A stretch of DNA of 64,000 nt from Squalus acanthias (lineage: Eukaryota). The notes beneath the pieces were generated by a model that was given only the letters and a program-made list of their open reading frames with translations, ran no database searches and was not told the origin of the DNA. The stretch's first letter is position 1; every line of letters begins with the position of its first letter. Location of the stretch: positions 136,092,001-136,156,000 of the forward strand of contig CM059431.1 of assembly GCA_030390025.1 (NCBI GenBank), written 5' to 3'. Below are positions 46,201-61,200 of the stretch, one piece after another. A program made the translations under genes and the position numbers.

Positions 46201-49200
46201 ACAGACCACTACAGGAGTAGGATCATAACAGACCACTACAGGAGTTGAATCATCACAGACCACTACAGGAGTAGAATCATCACAGACAACTACAGGAGTA
46301 GATCATCACAGACCACTACAGAGTAGAATCATCACAGACCACTACAGGAGTAGAATCATCACAGACCACTACAGGAGTAGAATCATCACAGACCACTACA
46401 GGAGTAGAATCATCACAGACCACTACAGGAGTAGGATCATCACAGACCACTACAGGAGTAGAATCATCACAGACCACTACAGGAGTAGATCATCACAGAC
46501 CACTACAGGAGTAGATCATCACAGACCACTACAGGAGTAGGATCATCACAGACCACTACAGGAGTAGAATCATCACAGACCACTACAGGAGTAGAATCAT
46601 CACAGACCACTACAGAGTAAATCATCACAGACCACTACAGGAGTAGGATCATCACAGACCACTACAGGAGTAGAATCATCACAGACCACTACAGGAGTAG
46701 AATCATCACAGACCACTACAGAAGTAGATCATCACAGACCACTACAGGAGTAGAATCATCACAGACCACTACAGGGTAGAATCATCACAGACCACTACAG
46801 CAGTAGAATCATCACAGACCACTACAGAGATGAAATCATCACAGACCACTACAGGAGTAGAATCATCACAGACCACTACAGGAGTAGAATCATCACAGAC
46901 CACTACAGGAGTAGAATCATCACAGACCACTACAGGAGTAGAATCATCACAGACCACTACAGGAGTAGAATCATCACAGACCACTACAGGAGTAGAATCA
47001 TCACAGACCACTACAGGAGTAGAATCATCACAGACCACTACAGGAGTAGGATCATCACAGACCACTACAGGAGTAGAATCATCACAGACCACTACAGGAG
47101 TAGAATCATCACAGACCACTACAGGAGTAGAATCATCACAGACCACTACAGGAGTAGAATCATCACAGACCACTACAGGATAGGAATCATCACAGACCAC
47201 TACAGGAGTAGAATCATCACAGACCACTACAGGAATAGATCATCACAGACCACTACAGGAGTAGAATCATCACAGACCACTACAGGTGTAGAATCATCAC
47301 AGACCACTACAGGAGTAGAATCATCACAGACCACTACAGAAGTAGGATCATCACAGACCACTACAGGAGTAGAATCATCACAGACCACTACAGGAGTAGA
47401 ATCATCACAGACCACTACAGGAGTAGAATCATCACAGACCACTACAGGAGTAGAATCATCACAGACCACTACAGGAGTAGATCATCACAGACCACTACAG
47501 GAGTAGAATCATCACAGACCACTACAGGAGTAGAATCATCACAGACCACTACAGGAGTAGAATCATCACAGACCACTACAGGAGTAGAATCATCACAGAC
47601 CACTACAGGAGTAGAATCATCACAGACCACTACAGGAGTAGAATCATCACAGACCACTACAGGAGTAGAATCATCACAGACCACTACAGGAGTAGAATCA
47701 TCACAGACCACTACAGGAGTAGAATCATCACAGACCACTACAGGAGTAGAATCATCACAGACCACTACAGGAGTAGGATCATCACAGACCACTACAGGAG
47801 TAGAATCATCACAGACCACTACAGGAGTAGAATCATCACAGACCACTACAGGAGTAGAAACATCACAGACCACTACAGGAGTAGAATCATCACAGACCAC
47901 TACAGGAGTAGAATCATCACAGACCACTACAGGAGTAGAATCATCACAGACCACTACAGGAATACGATCATCACAGACCACTACAGGAGTAGAATCATCA
48001 CAGACCACTACAGGAGTAGAATCATCACAGACCACTACAGGAGTAGAATCATCACAGACCACTACAGGAGTAAATTCACAGACCACTACAGGAGTAGAAT
48101 CATCACAGACCACTACAGTAGTAGAATCATCACAGACCACTACAGGAGTAGAATCATCACAGACCACTACAGGAGTAGAATCATCACAGACCACTACAGG
48201 AGTAGAATCATCACAGACCACTACAGGAGTAGAATCATCACAGACCACTACAGGAGTAGAATCATCACAGACCACTACAGGAGTAGAATCATCACAGACC
48301 ACTACAGGAGTAAAGTCATCACAGACACTACAGGAGTAGGATCATCACAGACCACTACAGTGTAGAATCAATCACAGACCACTACAGGAGTAGACTAATC
48401 ACACAGACACTACAGGCATAGGAATCAACACAGACCACAACAGGAGTAGAATCAGCACAGACCACTACAGAATAGAATCATCAAAGACAACTACAGGAGT
48501 AGAATCATCACAGACCCACTACAGGTGTAGAAACCATCACAGACCACTACAGGAGTAGAATGATAACAGGACCACTACAGAAGTGGGATCACACAGACCA
48601 CTACAGGAGTAGAATCATCACCGACCACTACAGGTGTAGAATCATCACAGACCACTACAGGAGTACGATCATCACAGACAACTACAGGAGTAAGATCATC
48701 ACAGACAACTATAAGGAGTAGGATCATCACAGACCACTACAGATAGGATCATCACAGACCACTACAGGAGTAAATCATCACAGACCACTACAGGAGTAGG
48801 ATCATCACAGACCACTACAGGAGTAGATCATCACAGACCACTACAGGAGTAGATCATCACAGACCACGACTGGTGTAGATCCATCACAGACCACTACAGG
48901 AGTAGAATCATCACAGACCACTACAGGAGTAAAGTCATCACAAGACAACTACAGGAGTAGATCATCACAGACCACTAAAGGTGTAGAATCATCACAGACC
49001 ACTACAGGAGTAGAATCATCACAGACCACTACAGGAGTAGAATCATCACAGAGCACTACAGGAGTAGGAATCATCACAGACCACGACAGTAGTAGAAATC
49101 ATCACAGACCACTACAGGTGTAGAATCATCACAGACCACTACAGGAGAGAATCATCACAGACCACTTACAGCAATAGAATCATCACAGACCACTACAGGA

Positions 49201-52200
49201 GTAGAATCATCACAGACCACTACAGGAGTAGAATCATCACAGACCAATACAGGAGTAGGATCATCACAGAATACTACAGGAGTAGAATCATCACAGACCA
49301 CTACAGGAGTAGAATCATCACAGACCACTACAGGAGTAGAATCATCACAGACCACTACAGGAGTAGGATCATCACAGACCACTACAGGAGTAGAATCATC
49401 ACAGACACACCGGAGTAGAATCATCACAGACCACTACAGGAGTAGAATCATCACAGACCACTACAGGAGTAGAATCATCACAGACCACTACAGGCATAGA
49501 TCAACACAGACCACAACAGGAGTAGAATCATCACAGACCACTACAGGAATAGATCATCACAGACACTACAGGAGTAGAATCATCACAGACCACTACAGGA
49601 GTAGAATCATCACAGACCACTACAGGAGTAGAATCATCACAGACCACTACAGGAGTAGGATCATCACAGACCACTACAGGAGTAGAATCATCACAGACCA
49701 CTACAGGAGTAGAATCATCACAGACCACTACAGGAGTAGAATCATCACAGACCACTACAGGAGTAGAATCATCACAGACCACTACAGGAGTAGGATCATC
49801 ACAGACCACTACAGGAGTAGAATCATCACAGACCACTACAGGAGTAGAATCATCACAGACCACTACAGGAGTAGAATCATCACAGACCACTACAGGAGTA
49901 GAATCATCACAGACCACTACAGGAGTAGAATCATCACAGACCACTACAGGAGTAGAATCATCACAGACCACTACAGGAGTAGAATCATCACAGACCACTA
50001 CAGGAGTAGAATCATCACAGACCACTACAGGAGTAGAATCATCACAGACCACTACAGGAGTAGAATCATCACAGACCACTACAGGAGTAGAATCATCACA
50101 GACCACTACAGGAGTAGAATCATCACAGACCACTACAGGAGTAGAATCATCACAGACCACTACAGGAGTAGAATCATCACAGACCACTACAGGAGTAGAA
50201 TCATCACAGACCACTACAGGAAGGATCATCACAGACCACAACAGGAGTAGAATCATCACAGACCACTACAGGAGTAGGATCATCACAGACCACTACAGGA
50301 GTAGAATCATCACAGACCACTACAGGAGTAGAATCATCACAGACCACTACAGGAGTAGAATCATCACAGACCACAACAGGAGTAGAATCATCACAGACCA
50401 CTACAGGAGTAGAATCATCACAGACCACTACAGAGTAGGATCATCACAGACCACTACAGGAGTAGAATCATCACAGACCACTACAGGAGTAGATCATCAC
50501 AGACCACTACAGGAGTAGAATCATCACAGACCACTACAGGAGTAGAATCATCACAGACCACTACAGGAGTAGAATCATCACAGACCACTACAGGAGTAGA
50601 ATCATCACAGACCACTACAGGAGTAGAATCATCACAGACCACTACAGGAGTAGAATCATCACAGACCACTACAGGAGTAGAATCATCACAGACCACTACA
50701 GAGTAGAATCATCACAGACCACTACAGGAAGGATCAACACAGACCACCACTACAGGAGTAGAATCATCACACAGACCACTACAGGATAGAATCATCACAG
50801 ACCACTACAGGAGTAGAATCATCACAGACCACTACAGGTGTAGAATCATCACAGACCACTACAGGAGTAGAATCATCACAGACCACTACAGGAGTGGATC
50901 ATCACAGACCACTACAGGAGTAGAATCATCACAGACCACTACAGGAGTAGAATCATCACAGACCACTACAGGAGTAGAATCATCACAGACCACTACAGGA
51001 GTAGAATCATCACAGACCACTACAGGTAGAATCATCACAGACCACTACAGGAGTAGAATCATCACAGACCACTACAGGAGTAGAATCATCACAGACCACT
51101 ACAGGAGTAGAATCATCACAGACCACTACAGGAGTAGAATCATCACAGACCACTACAGGAATAGAATCATCACAGACCACTACAGGAGTAGAATCATCAC
51201 AGACCACTACAGGAGTAGAATCATCACAGACCACTACAGGAGTAGAATCATCAGAGACCACTACAGGAGTAGGATGATCACAGACCACTACAGGTGTAGA
51301 ATCATCACAGACCACTACAGGAGTAGAATCATCACAGTCCACTACAGGATAGAAACATCACAGACCCACTACAGGAGTAGAATCATCACAGACCACTACA
51401 GGCATAGGATCAAAACAGACCACAACAGGAGTTGAATCATCACAGACCACTACAGGAATAGGATCATCAAAGACAACTACAGGAGTAGAATCATCACAGA
51501 CCACTACAGGAGTAGAATCATCACACACCACTACAGGAGTAGAATCATCACAGACCACAACAGGAGCAGAATAATCACAGACCACTACAGGAGTAGAATC
51601 ATAACAGACCACTACAGTAGTAGGATCATCACAGAACCACTACAGGAGTAGAATCATCACAGACCACTACAGGAGTACGATCATCACAGACCACTACAGG
51701 AGTAGGATCATCACAGACCACTACAGGAGTAGGAATCATCACAGACCACTACAGGAGTAGAATCATCACAAGACCACTACAGGAGTAGAATCATCACAGA
51801 CCACTACAGGAGAATTCATCACAGACAACTACAGGAGTAGGATCATCACAGACCACTACATGGTGTAGAATCATCACAGACCACTACAGGAGTAGATCAT
51901 CACAGACCACTACAGGAGTAGAATCATCACAGACCACTACAGGCAGTAGGATCAACACAGACCACTACAGGAGTAGAAGTCAGCACAGACCACTGCAGGA
52001 ATAGGATCATCAAAGACCACTACAGGAGTAAATCAATCACAGACCACTACGAGGTTAGTATCATCACAGACCACTACAGGAGTAGAAATGATCACAGACC
52101 ACTACAGAAGTGGATCACCACAGACCACTGACAGGAGTAGAATCATCACAGACCACTACAGGTGTAGAATCATCACAGACCACTACAGGAGTAGAATCAT

Positions 52201-55200
52201 CACAGACCACTACAGGATAGAATCATCACAGACCACTGCAGGTGTAGGATCATCACAGACCACTACAGTAGTAGAATCATCACAGACCACTACAGGTGTA
52301 GAATCATCACAGACCACTACAGCAGTAGAATCATCACAGACCACTACAGAATAGAATCATCACACACCAATACAGGAGTAGAATCATCACACACCACTAC
52401 AGGAGTAGAATCATCACAGACCACTACAGGAATAGAATCATCACAGACCACTACAGGAGTAGAATCATCACAGACCACTACAGGAGTTGAATATCACAGA
52501 CCACTACAGGAGTAGAATCATCAGAGACCACTACAGAGTAGGATGATCACAGACCACTACAGGTGTAGAATCATCACAGACCACTACCGGAGGTAGAATC
52601 ATCACATTCCATACAGGAGTAGAAACATCACAGACCACTACAGGAGTAGAATCATCACAGACCACTACAGGCATAGGATCAAAACAGACCACAACAGGAG
52701 TTGAATCATCACAGACCACTACAGGAATAGGATCATCAAAGACAACTACAGGAGTAGAATCATCACAGACCACTACAGGAGTAGAATCATCACACACCAC
52801 TACAGGAGTAGAATCATCACAGACCACAACAGGAGCAGAATAATCACAGACCACTACAGGAGTAGAATCATTCACAGACCAATACAGTAGCAGGATCATC
52901 ACAGACCACTACAGGAGTAGAATCATCACAGACCACTACAGGAGTACGATCATCACAGACCACTACAGGAGAAGGGATCATCACAGACCACTACAGGAGT
53001 AGATCATAACAGACCACTACTGGAGTAGAACATCACAGACCACTACAGGAGTAGAATCATCACAGTCCACTACAGGAGTAAAGTCATCACAGTCAACTAC
53101 AGGAGTAGGATCATCACAGACCACTACAGGTGTAGAATCATCACAGACCACTACAGGAGTAGAAACATCACAGACCACTACAGGAGTTGAATAATCACAG
53201 ACCACTACAGAGTAGAATCATCACAGACCACTACAGGAGATGAATCATCACAGATCCACTACAGGAATAGAATCATCACAGACCACTACAGGAGTAGAAT
53301 CATCACAGACCACTACAGAGTAGAATCATCACAGACCACTACAGGAGAAGGATCATCACAGAATACAACAGGAGTAGAATCATCATCACAGACCACTACA
53401 GGAGTAGAATCATCACAGACCACTACAGGAGTAGAATCATCAGAGACCACTACAGGAGTAGGTATCAACACAGATCACTACAGGTGTAGAATCATCACAG
53501 ACCACTGCCGGAGTAGAATCATCACAGTCCACACAGGAGTAGAAACATCACAGACCACTACAGGAGTAGAATCAATCAAAAGACCACTACAGGCATAGGA
53601 TCAACACAGACCACAACAGGAGTAGAATCAGCACAGACCACTACAGAATAGGATCATCAAAGACAACTACAGGAGTAGAATCATCACAGACCACTACAGG
53701 TGTAGAATCATCACAGACCACTACAGGAGTAGAATGATCACAGACCACTACAGAAGTGGATCACCACAGACCACTACAGGAGTAGAATCATCACAGACCA
53801 CTACAGGTGTAGAATCATCACAGACCACTACAGGAGTAGAATCATCACAGACCACTACAGGAGTAGAATCATCACAGACCACTGCAGGTGTAGGATCATC
53901 ACAGACCACTACAGGTAGTAGAATCATCACAGACCACTACAGGTGTAGAATCATCACAGACCACTACAGGAGTAGAATCATCACAGACCACTACAGTATA
54001 GAATCATCACACACCACTACAGGAGTAGAATCATCACAGACCACTACAGGAGTAGAATCAATCACAGACCACTACAGGAATAGAATCATCACAGAACCAC
54101 TACAGGAGTAGAATCATCACCGACCACTACAGGAGTTGAATAATCACAGACCACTACAGGAGTAGAATCATCAGAGACCACTACAGGAGTAGGATGATCA
54201 CAGACCACACAGGTGTAGAATCATCACAGACCACTACCGGAGTAGGAATCATCACAGTCCACTACAGGAGTAGAAACATCACTGACCTACTACAGGGAGT
54301 AGAATCATCACAGACCCCTACAGGCATAGGATCAAAACAGACCACAACAGGAGTTGAATATCATCACAGACCACTACAGGAATAGGATCATCAATGACAA
54401 ACTACAGGAGTAGAATCATCACAGACCACTACAGGAGTAGAATCATCACACACCACTACAGGAGTGAATCATCACAGACCACAACAGGAGCAGAATATTC
54501 ACAGACACTACAGGAGTAGAATCATCACAGACCACTACAGTAGTAGGATCATCACAGACCACTACAGGAGTAGAATCATCACAGACCACTACAGGAGTAC
54601 GATCATCACAGACCACTACAGGAGTAGATCATCACAGACCACTACAGGAGTAGGATCATAACAGACCACTACAGGAGTAGAATCATCCACAGACACTACA
54701 GGAGTAGAAATCATCACAGACCACTACAGGAGTAAAGTCATCACAGACAACTACAGGAGTAGGATCATCACAGACCACTACAGGTGTAGAATCATCACAG
54801 ACCACTACAGGAGTAGAATCATCACAGACCACTACAGGCATAGGATCAACACAGACCACAACAGGAGTAGAATCAGCACAGACCACTACAGGAATAGGAT
54901 CAATCAAAGACAACTACAGGAGTAGAATCATCACAGACCACTACAGGTGTAGAACCATCACAGACCACTACAGGAGTAGAATGATAACAGACCACTACAG
55001 AAGTGGGATTCACCACAGACCACTACAGGATTAGAATCATCACAGACCACTACGGGTGTAGAATCATCACAGACCACTACAGAGTAGAATCATCACAGGA
55101 CCACTACAGGAGTAGAATCATCACAGACCACTACAGTGTAGAATCATCACAGACCACTACAGGAGTAGAATCATCACAGACCACTACAGGAATAGAATCA

Positions 55201-58200
55201 TCACACACACCACTCAGGAGTAGAATCATCACAGACCACTACAGGAGTAGAATCATCACAGACCACTACAGAATAGAATCATCACAGACCACTACAGGAT
55301 AGAATCATCACAGACCAATACAGGAGTTGAATAATCACAGACCACTACAGGAGTAGAATCATCAGAGACCACTACAGGAGTAGGATGATCACAGACCACT
55401 ACAGGTGTAGAATCATCACAGACCACTACCGGAGTAGAATCATCACAGTCCCACTAGCAGGAGTAGAAACATCACAGACCACTACAGGAGTAGAATCATC
55501 ACAGACCACTACAGGCAAAGGATCAAAACAGACCACAACAGGAGTTGAATCATCACAGACCACTACAGGATAGGATCATCAAAGACAACTACAGGAGTAG
55601 AATCATCACAGACCACTACAGGAGTAGAATCATCACACACCACTACAGGGATGAATCATCACAGACCACAACAGGAGCAGAATAATCACAGACCACTACA
55701 GGAGTAGAATCATCACAGACCACTACAGTAGTAGGATCATCACAGACCACTACAGGAGTAGAATCATCACAGACCACTACAGGAGTACGATCATCACAGA
55801 CCACTACAGGAGTAGGATCATCACAGACCACTACAGGAGTAGGATCATCACAGACCACTACAGGAGTAGAATCATCACAGACCACTACAGGAAGTAGAAT
55901 CATCACAGACCACTACAGGAGGAATGTCATCACAGACAACTACAGAGTAGGATCATCACAGACCACTACAGGTGTAGAATCATCACAGACCACTACAGGA
56001 GTAGAAACATCACAGACCACTACAGGAGTAGAATCATCACAGACCACCTACAGGCATAGGATCAACACAGACCACAACAGGAGTAGAATCAGCACAGACC
56101 ACTGCAGGAATAGGATCATCAAAGACAACTACAGGAGTAGATTCATCACAGACCACTACAGGTGTAGAATCATCACAGACCACTACAGGAGTAGAATGAT
56201 CACAGACCACTACAGAGTGGGATCACCACAGACCACTACAGGAGTAGAATCATCACAGACCACTACAGGTGTAGAATCATCACAGACCACTACAGGAGTA
56301 GAATCATCACAGACCACTACAGGAGTAGAATCATCACAGACCACTGCAGGTGTAGGATCATCACAGACCACTACAGTAGTAGAATCATCACAGACCACTA
56401 CAGGTGTAGAATCATCACAGACCACTACAGCAGTAGAATCATCACAGACCACTACAGGAATAGAATCATCACACACCACTACAGGAGTAGAATCATCACA
56501 GACCACTACAGGAGTAGAATCATCACAGACCACTACAGGATAGAATCATCACAGACCACTACAGGAGTAGAATCATCACAGACCACTACAGGAGTTGAAT
56601 AATCACAGACCACTACAGGAGTAGAATCATCAGAGGCCACTACAGGAGTAGGATGATCACAGACCACTACAGGTGTAGAATCATCACAGACCACTACCGG
56701 AGTAGAATCATCACAGTCCACTACTGGAGTAGAAACATCACAGACCACTACAGGAGTAGAATCATCACAGACCACTACAGGCATAGGATCAAAACAGACC
56801 ACAACAGGAGTTGAATCATCACAGACCACTACAGGAATAGGATCATCAAAGACAACTACAGGAGTAGAATCATCACAGACCACTACAGGAGTAGAATCAT
56901 CACACACCACTACAGGAGTAGAATCATCACAGACCACAACAGGAGCAGAATAATCACAGACCACTACAGGAGTAGAATCATCACAGACCACTACAGTAGC
57001 AGGATCAACACAGACCACTACAGGAGTGAATCATCACAGACCACTACAGGAGTACGATCATCACAGACCACTACAGGAGTAGGATCATCACAGACCACTA
57101 CAGGAGTAGGATCATAACAGACCACTACAGGAGTAGAATCATCACAGACCACTACAGGAGTAGAATCATCACAGTCCACTACAGGAGTAAAGTCATCACA
57201 GACAACTACAGGAGTAGGATCATCACAGACCACTACAGGTGTAGAATCATCACAGACCACTACAGGAGTAGAATCATCACAGACCACTACAGAAGTGGGA
57301 TCACCACAGACCACTACAGGAGTAGAATCATCACAAACCTCTACAGGAGTAGAATCATCACAGACCAATACAGCAGTAGAATCATCACAGCCCACTACAG
57401 AAGTAGAATCATCACACACCACTACAGGAGTAGAATAATCACAGACCACTACAGGAGTATAATCATCACAGGCCACTACAGGCATAGGATCAACACAGAC
57501 CACAACAGGCGTAGAATCAGCACAGACCACTACAGGAATAGGATCATCAAAGACAACTACAGGAGTAGAATCATCACAGCCCACTACAGGAGTAGAATCA
57601 TCACACACCACTAAAGTAGTAGAATCATCAAAGACCACAACAGGAGTAGAATCATCACAGACCACTACAGGTGTAGAATCATCACAGACCACTACAGGAG
57701 TAGAATCATCACAGACCACTACAGGAATAGAATCATCACACACCACTACAGGAGTAGAATCATCACAGACCACTACAGGAGTAGAATCATCACAGACCAC
57801 TACAGGAATAGAATCATCACAGACCACTACAGGAGTAGAATCATCACAGACCACTACAGGAGTTGAATAATCACAGACCACTACAGGAGTAGAATCATCA
57901 GAGACCACTACAGGAGTAGGATGATCACAGACCACTACAGGTGTAGAATCATCACAGACCACTACCGGAGTAGAATCATCACAGTCCACTACAGGAGTAG
58001 AAACATCACAGACCACTACAGGAGTAGAATCATCACAGACCACTACAGGCATAGGATCAAAACAGACCACAACAGGAGTTGAATCATCACAGACCACTAC
58101 AGGAATAGGATCATCAAAGACAACTACAGGAGTAGAATCATCACAGACCACTACAGGAGTAGAATCATCACACACCACTACAGGAGTAGAATCATCACAG

Positions 58201-61200
58201 ACCACAACAGGAGCAGAATAATCACAGACCACTACAGGAGTAGAATCATCACAGACCACTACAGTAGTAGGATCATCACAGACCACTACAGGAGTAGAAT
58301 CATCACAGACCACTACAGGAGTACGATCATCACAGACCACTACAGGAGTAGGATCATCACAGACCACTACAGGAGTAGGATCATCACAGACCACTACAGG
58401 AGTAGAATCATCACAGACCACTACAGGAGTAGAATCATCACAGACCACTACAGGAGGAATGTCATCACAGACAACTACAGGAGTAGGATCATCACAGACC
58501 ACTACAGGTGTAGAATCATCACAGACCACTACAGGAGTAGAAACATCACAGACCACTACAGGAGTAGAATCATCACAGACCACTACAGGCATAGGATCAA
58601 CACAGACCACAACAGGAGTAGAATCAGCACAGACCACTGCAGGAATAGGATCATCAAAGACAACTACAGGAGTAGAATCATCACAGACCACTACAGGTGT
58701 AGAATCATCACAGACCACTACAGGAGTAGAATGATCACAGACCACTACAGAAGTGGGATCACCACAGACCACTACAGGAGTAGAATCATCACAGACCACT
58801 ACAGGTGTAGAATCATCACAGACCACTACAGGAGTAGAATCATCACAGACCACTACAGGAGTAGAATCATCACAGACCACTGCAGGTGTAGGATCATCAC
58901 AGACCACTACAGTAGTAGAATCATCACAGACCACTACAGGTGTAGAATCATCACAGACCACTACAGCAGTAGAATCATCACAGACCACTACAGGAATAGA
59001 ATCATCACACACCACTACAGGAGTAGAATCATCACAGACCACTACAGGAGTAGAATCATCACAGACCACTACAGGAATAGAATCATCACAGACCACTACA
59101 GGAGTAGAATCATCACAGACCACTACAGGAGTTGAATAATCACAGACCACTACAGGAGTAGAATCATCAGAGGCCACTACAGGAGTAGGATGATCACAGA
59201 CCACTACAGGTGTAGAATCATCACAGACCACTACCGGAGTAGAATCATCACAGTCCACTACTGGAGTAGAAACATCACAGACCACTACAGGAGTAGAATC
59301 ATCACAGACCACTACAGGCATAGGATCAAAACAGACCACAACAGGAGTTGAATCATCACAGACCACTACAGGAATAGGATCATCAAAGACAACTACAGGA
59401 GTAGAATCATCACAGACCACTACAGGAGTAGAATCATCACACACCACTACAGGAGTAGAATCATCACAGACCACAACAGGAGCAGAATAATCACAGACCA
59501 CTACAGGAGTAGAATCATCACAGACCACTACAGTAGCAGGATCATCACAGACCACTACAGGAGTAGAATCATCACAGACCACTACAGGAGTACGATCATC
59601 ACAGACCACTACAGGAGTAGGATCATCACAGACCACTACAGGAGTAGGATCATAACAGACCACTACAGGAGTAGAATCATCACAGACCACTACAGGAGTA
59701 GAATCATCACAGTCCACTACAGGAGTAAAGTCATCACAGACAACTACAGGAGTAGGATCATCACAGACCACTACAGGTGTAGAATCATCACAGACCACTA
59801 CAGGAGTAGAATCATCACAGACCACTACAGAAGTGGGATCACCACAGACCACTACAGGAGTAGAATCATCACAAACCTCTACAGGAGTAGAATCATCACA
59901 GACCAATACAGCAGTAGAATCATCACAGCCCACTACAGAAGTAGAATCATCACACACCACTACAGGAGTAGAATAATCACAGACCACTACAGGAGTATAA
60001 TCATCACAGGCCACTACAGGCATAGGATCAACACAGACCACAACAGGCGTAGAATCAGCACAGACCACTACAGGAATAGGATCATCAAAGACAACTACAG
60101 GAGTAGAATCATCACAGACCACTACAGGTGTAGAATCATCACAGACCACTACAGGAGTAGAATCATCACAGACCACTACTGGTGTAGAATCATCACAGAC
60201 CACTACAGGAATAGAATCATCACAGACCACTACAGGAGTAGAATCATCACAGACCACTACAGGAGTAGAATCATCACAGACCACTACAGGAGTAGGATCA
60301 TCACAGAATACTACAGGAGTAGAATCATCACAGACCACTACAGGAGTAGAATCATCACAGACCACTACAGGAGTAGAATCATCAGAGACCACTACAGGAG
60401 TAGGATGATCACAGACCACTACAGGTGTAGAATCATCACAGACCACTACCGGAGTAGAATCATCACAGTCCACTACAGGAGTAGAAACATCACAGACCAC
60501 TACAGGAGTAGAATCATCACAGACCACTACAGGCATAGGATCAACACAGACCACAACAGGAGTAGAATCATCACAGACCACTACAGGAGTAGAATCATCA
60601 CAGACCACTACAGGAGTAGGATCATCACAGACCACTACAGGAGTAGAATCATCACAGACCACTACAGGAATACGATCATCACAGACCACTACAGGAGTAG
60701 GATCATCACAGACCACTACAGGAGTAGAATCATCACAGACCACTACAGGAGTAGAATCATCACAGACCACTACAGGAGTAAAGTCATCACAGACAACTAC
60801 AGGAGTAGGATCATCACAGACCACTACAGGTGTAGAATCATCACAGACCACTACAGGAGTAGAATCATCACAGACCACTACAGGAGTAGAATCATCACAG
60901 ACCACTACAGGTGTAGAATCATCACAGACCACTACAGTAGAAGAATCATCACAGACCACTACAGGTGTAGAATCATCACAGACCACTACAGGAGTAGAAT
61001 CATCACAAACCTCTACAGGAGTAGAATCATCACAGACCAATACAGCAGTAGAATCATCACAGCCCACTACAGAAGTAGAATCATCACACACCACTACAGG
61101 AGTTGAATAATCACAGACCACTACAGGAGTATAATCATCACAGGCCACTACAGGCATAGGATCAACACAGACCACAACAGGAGTAGAATCAGCACAGACC

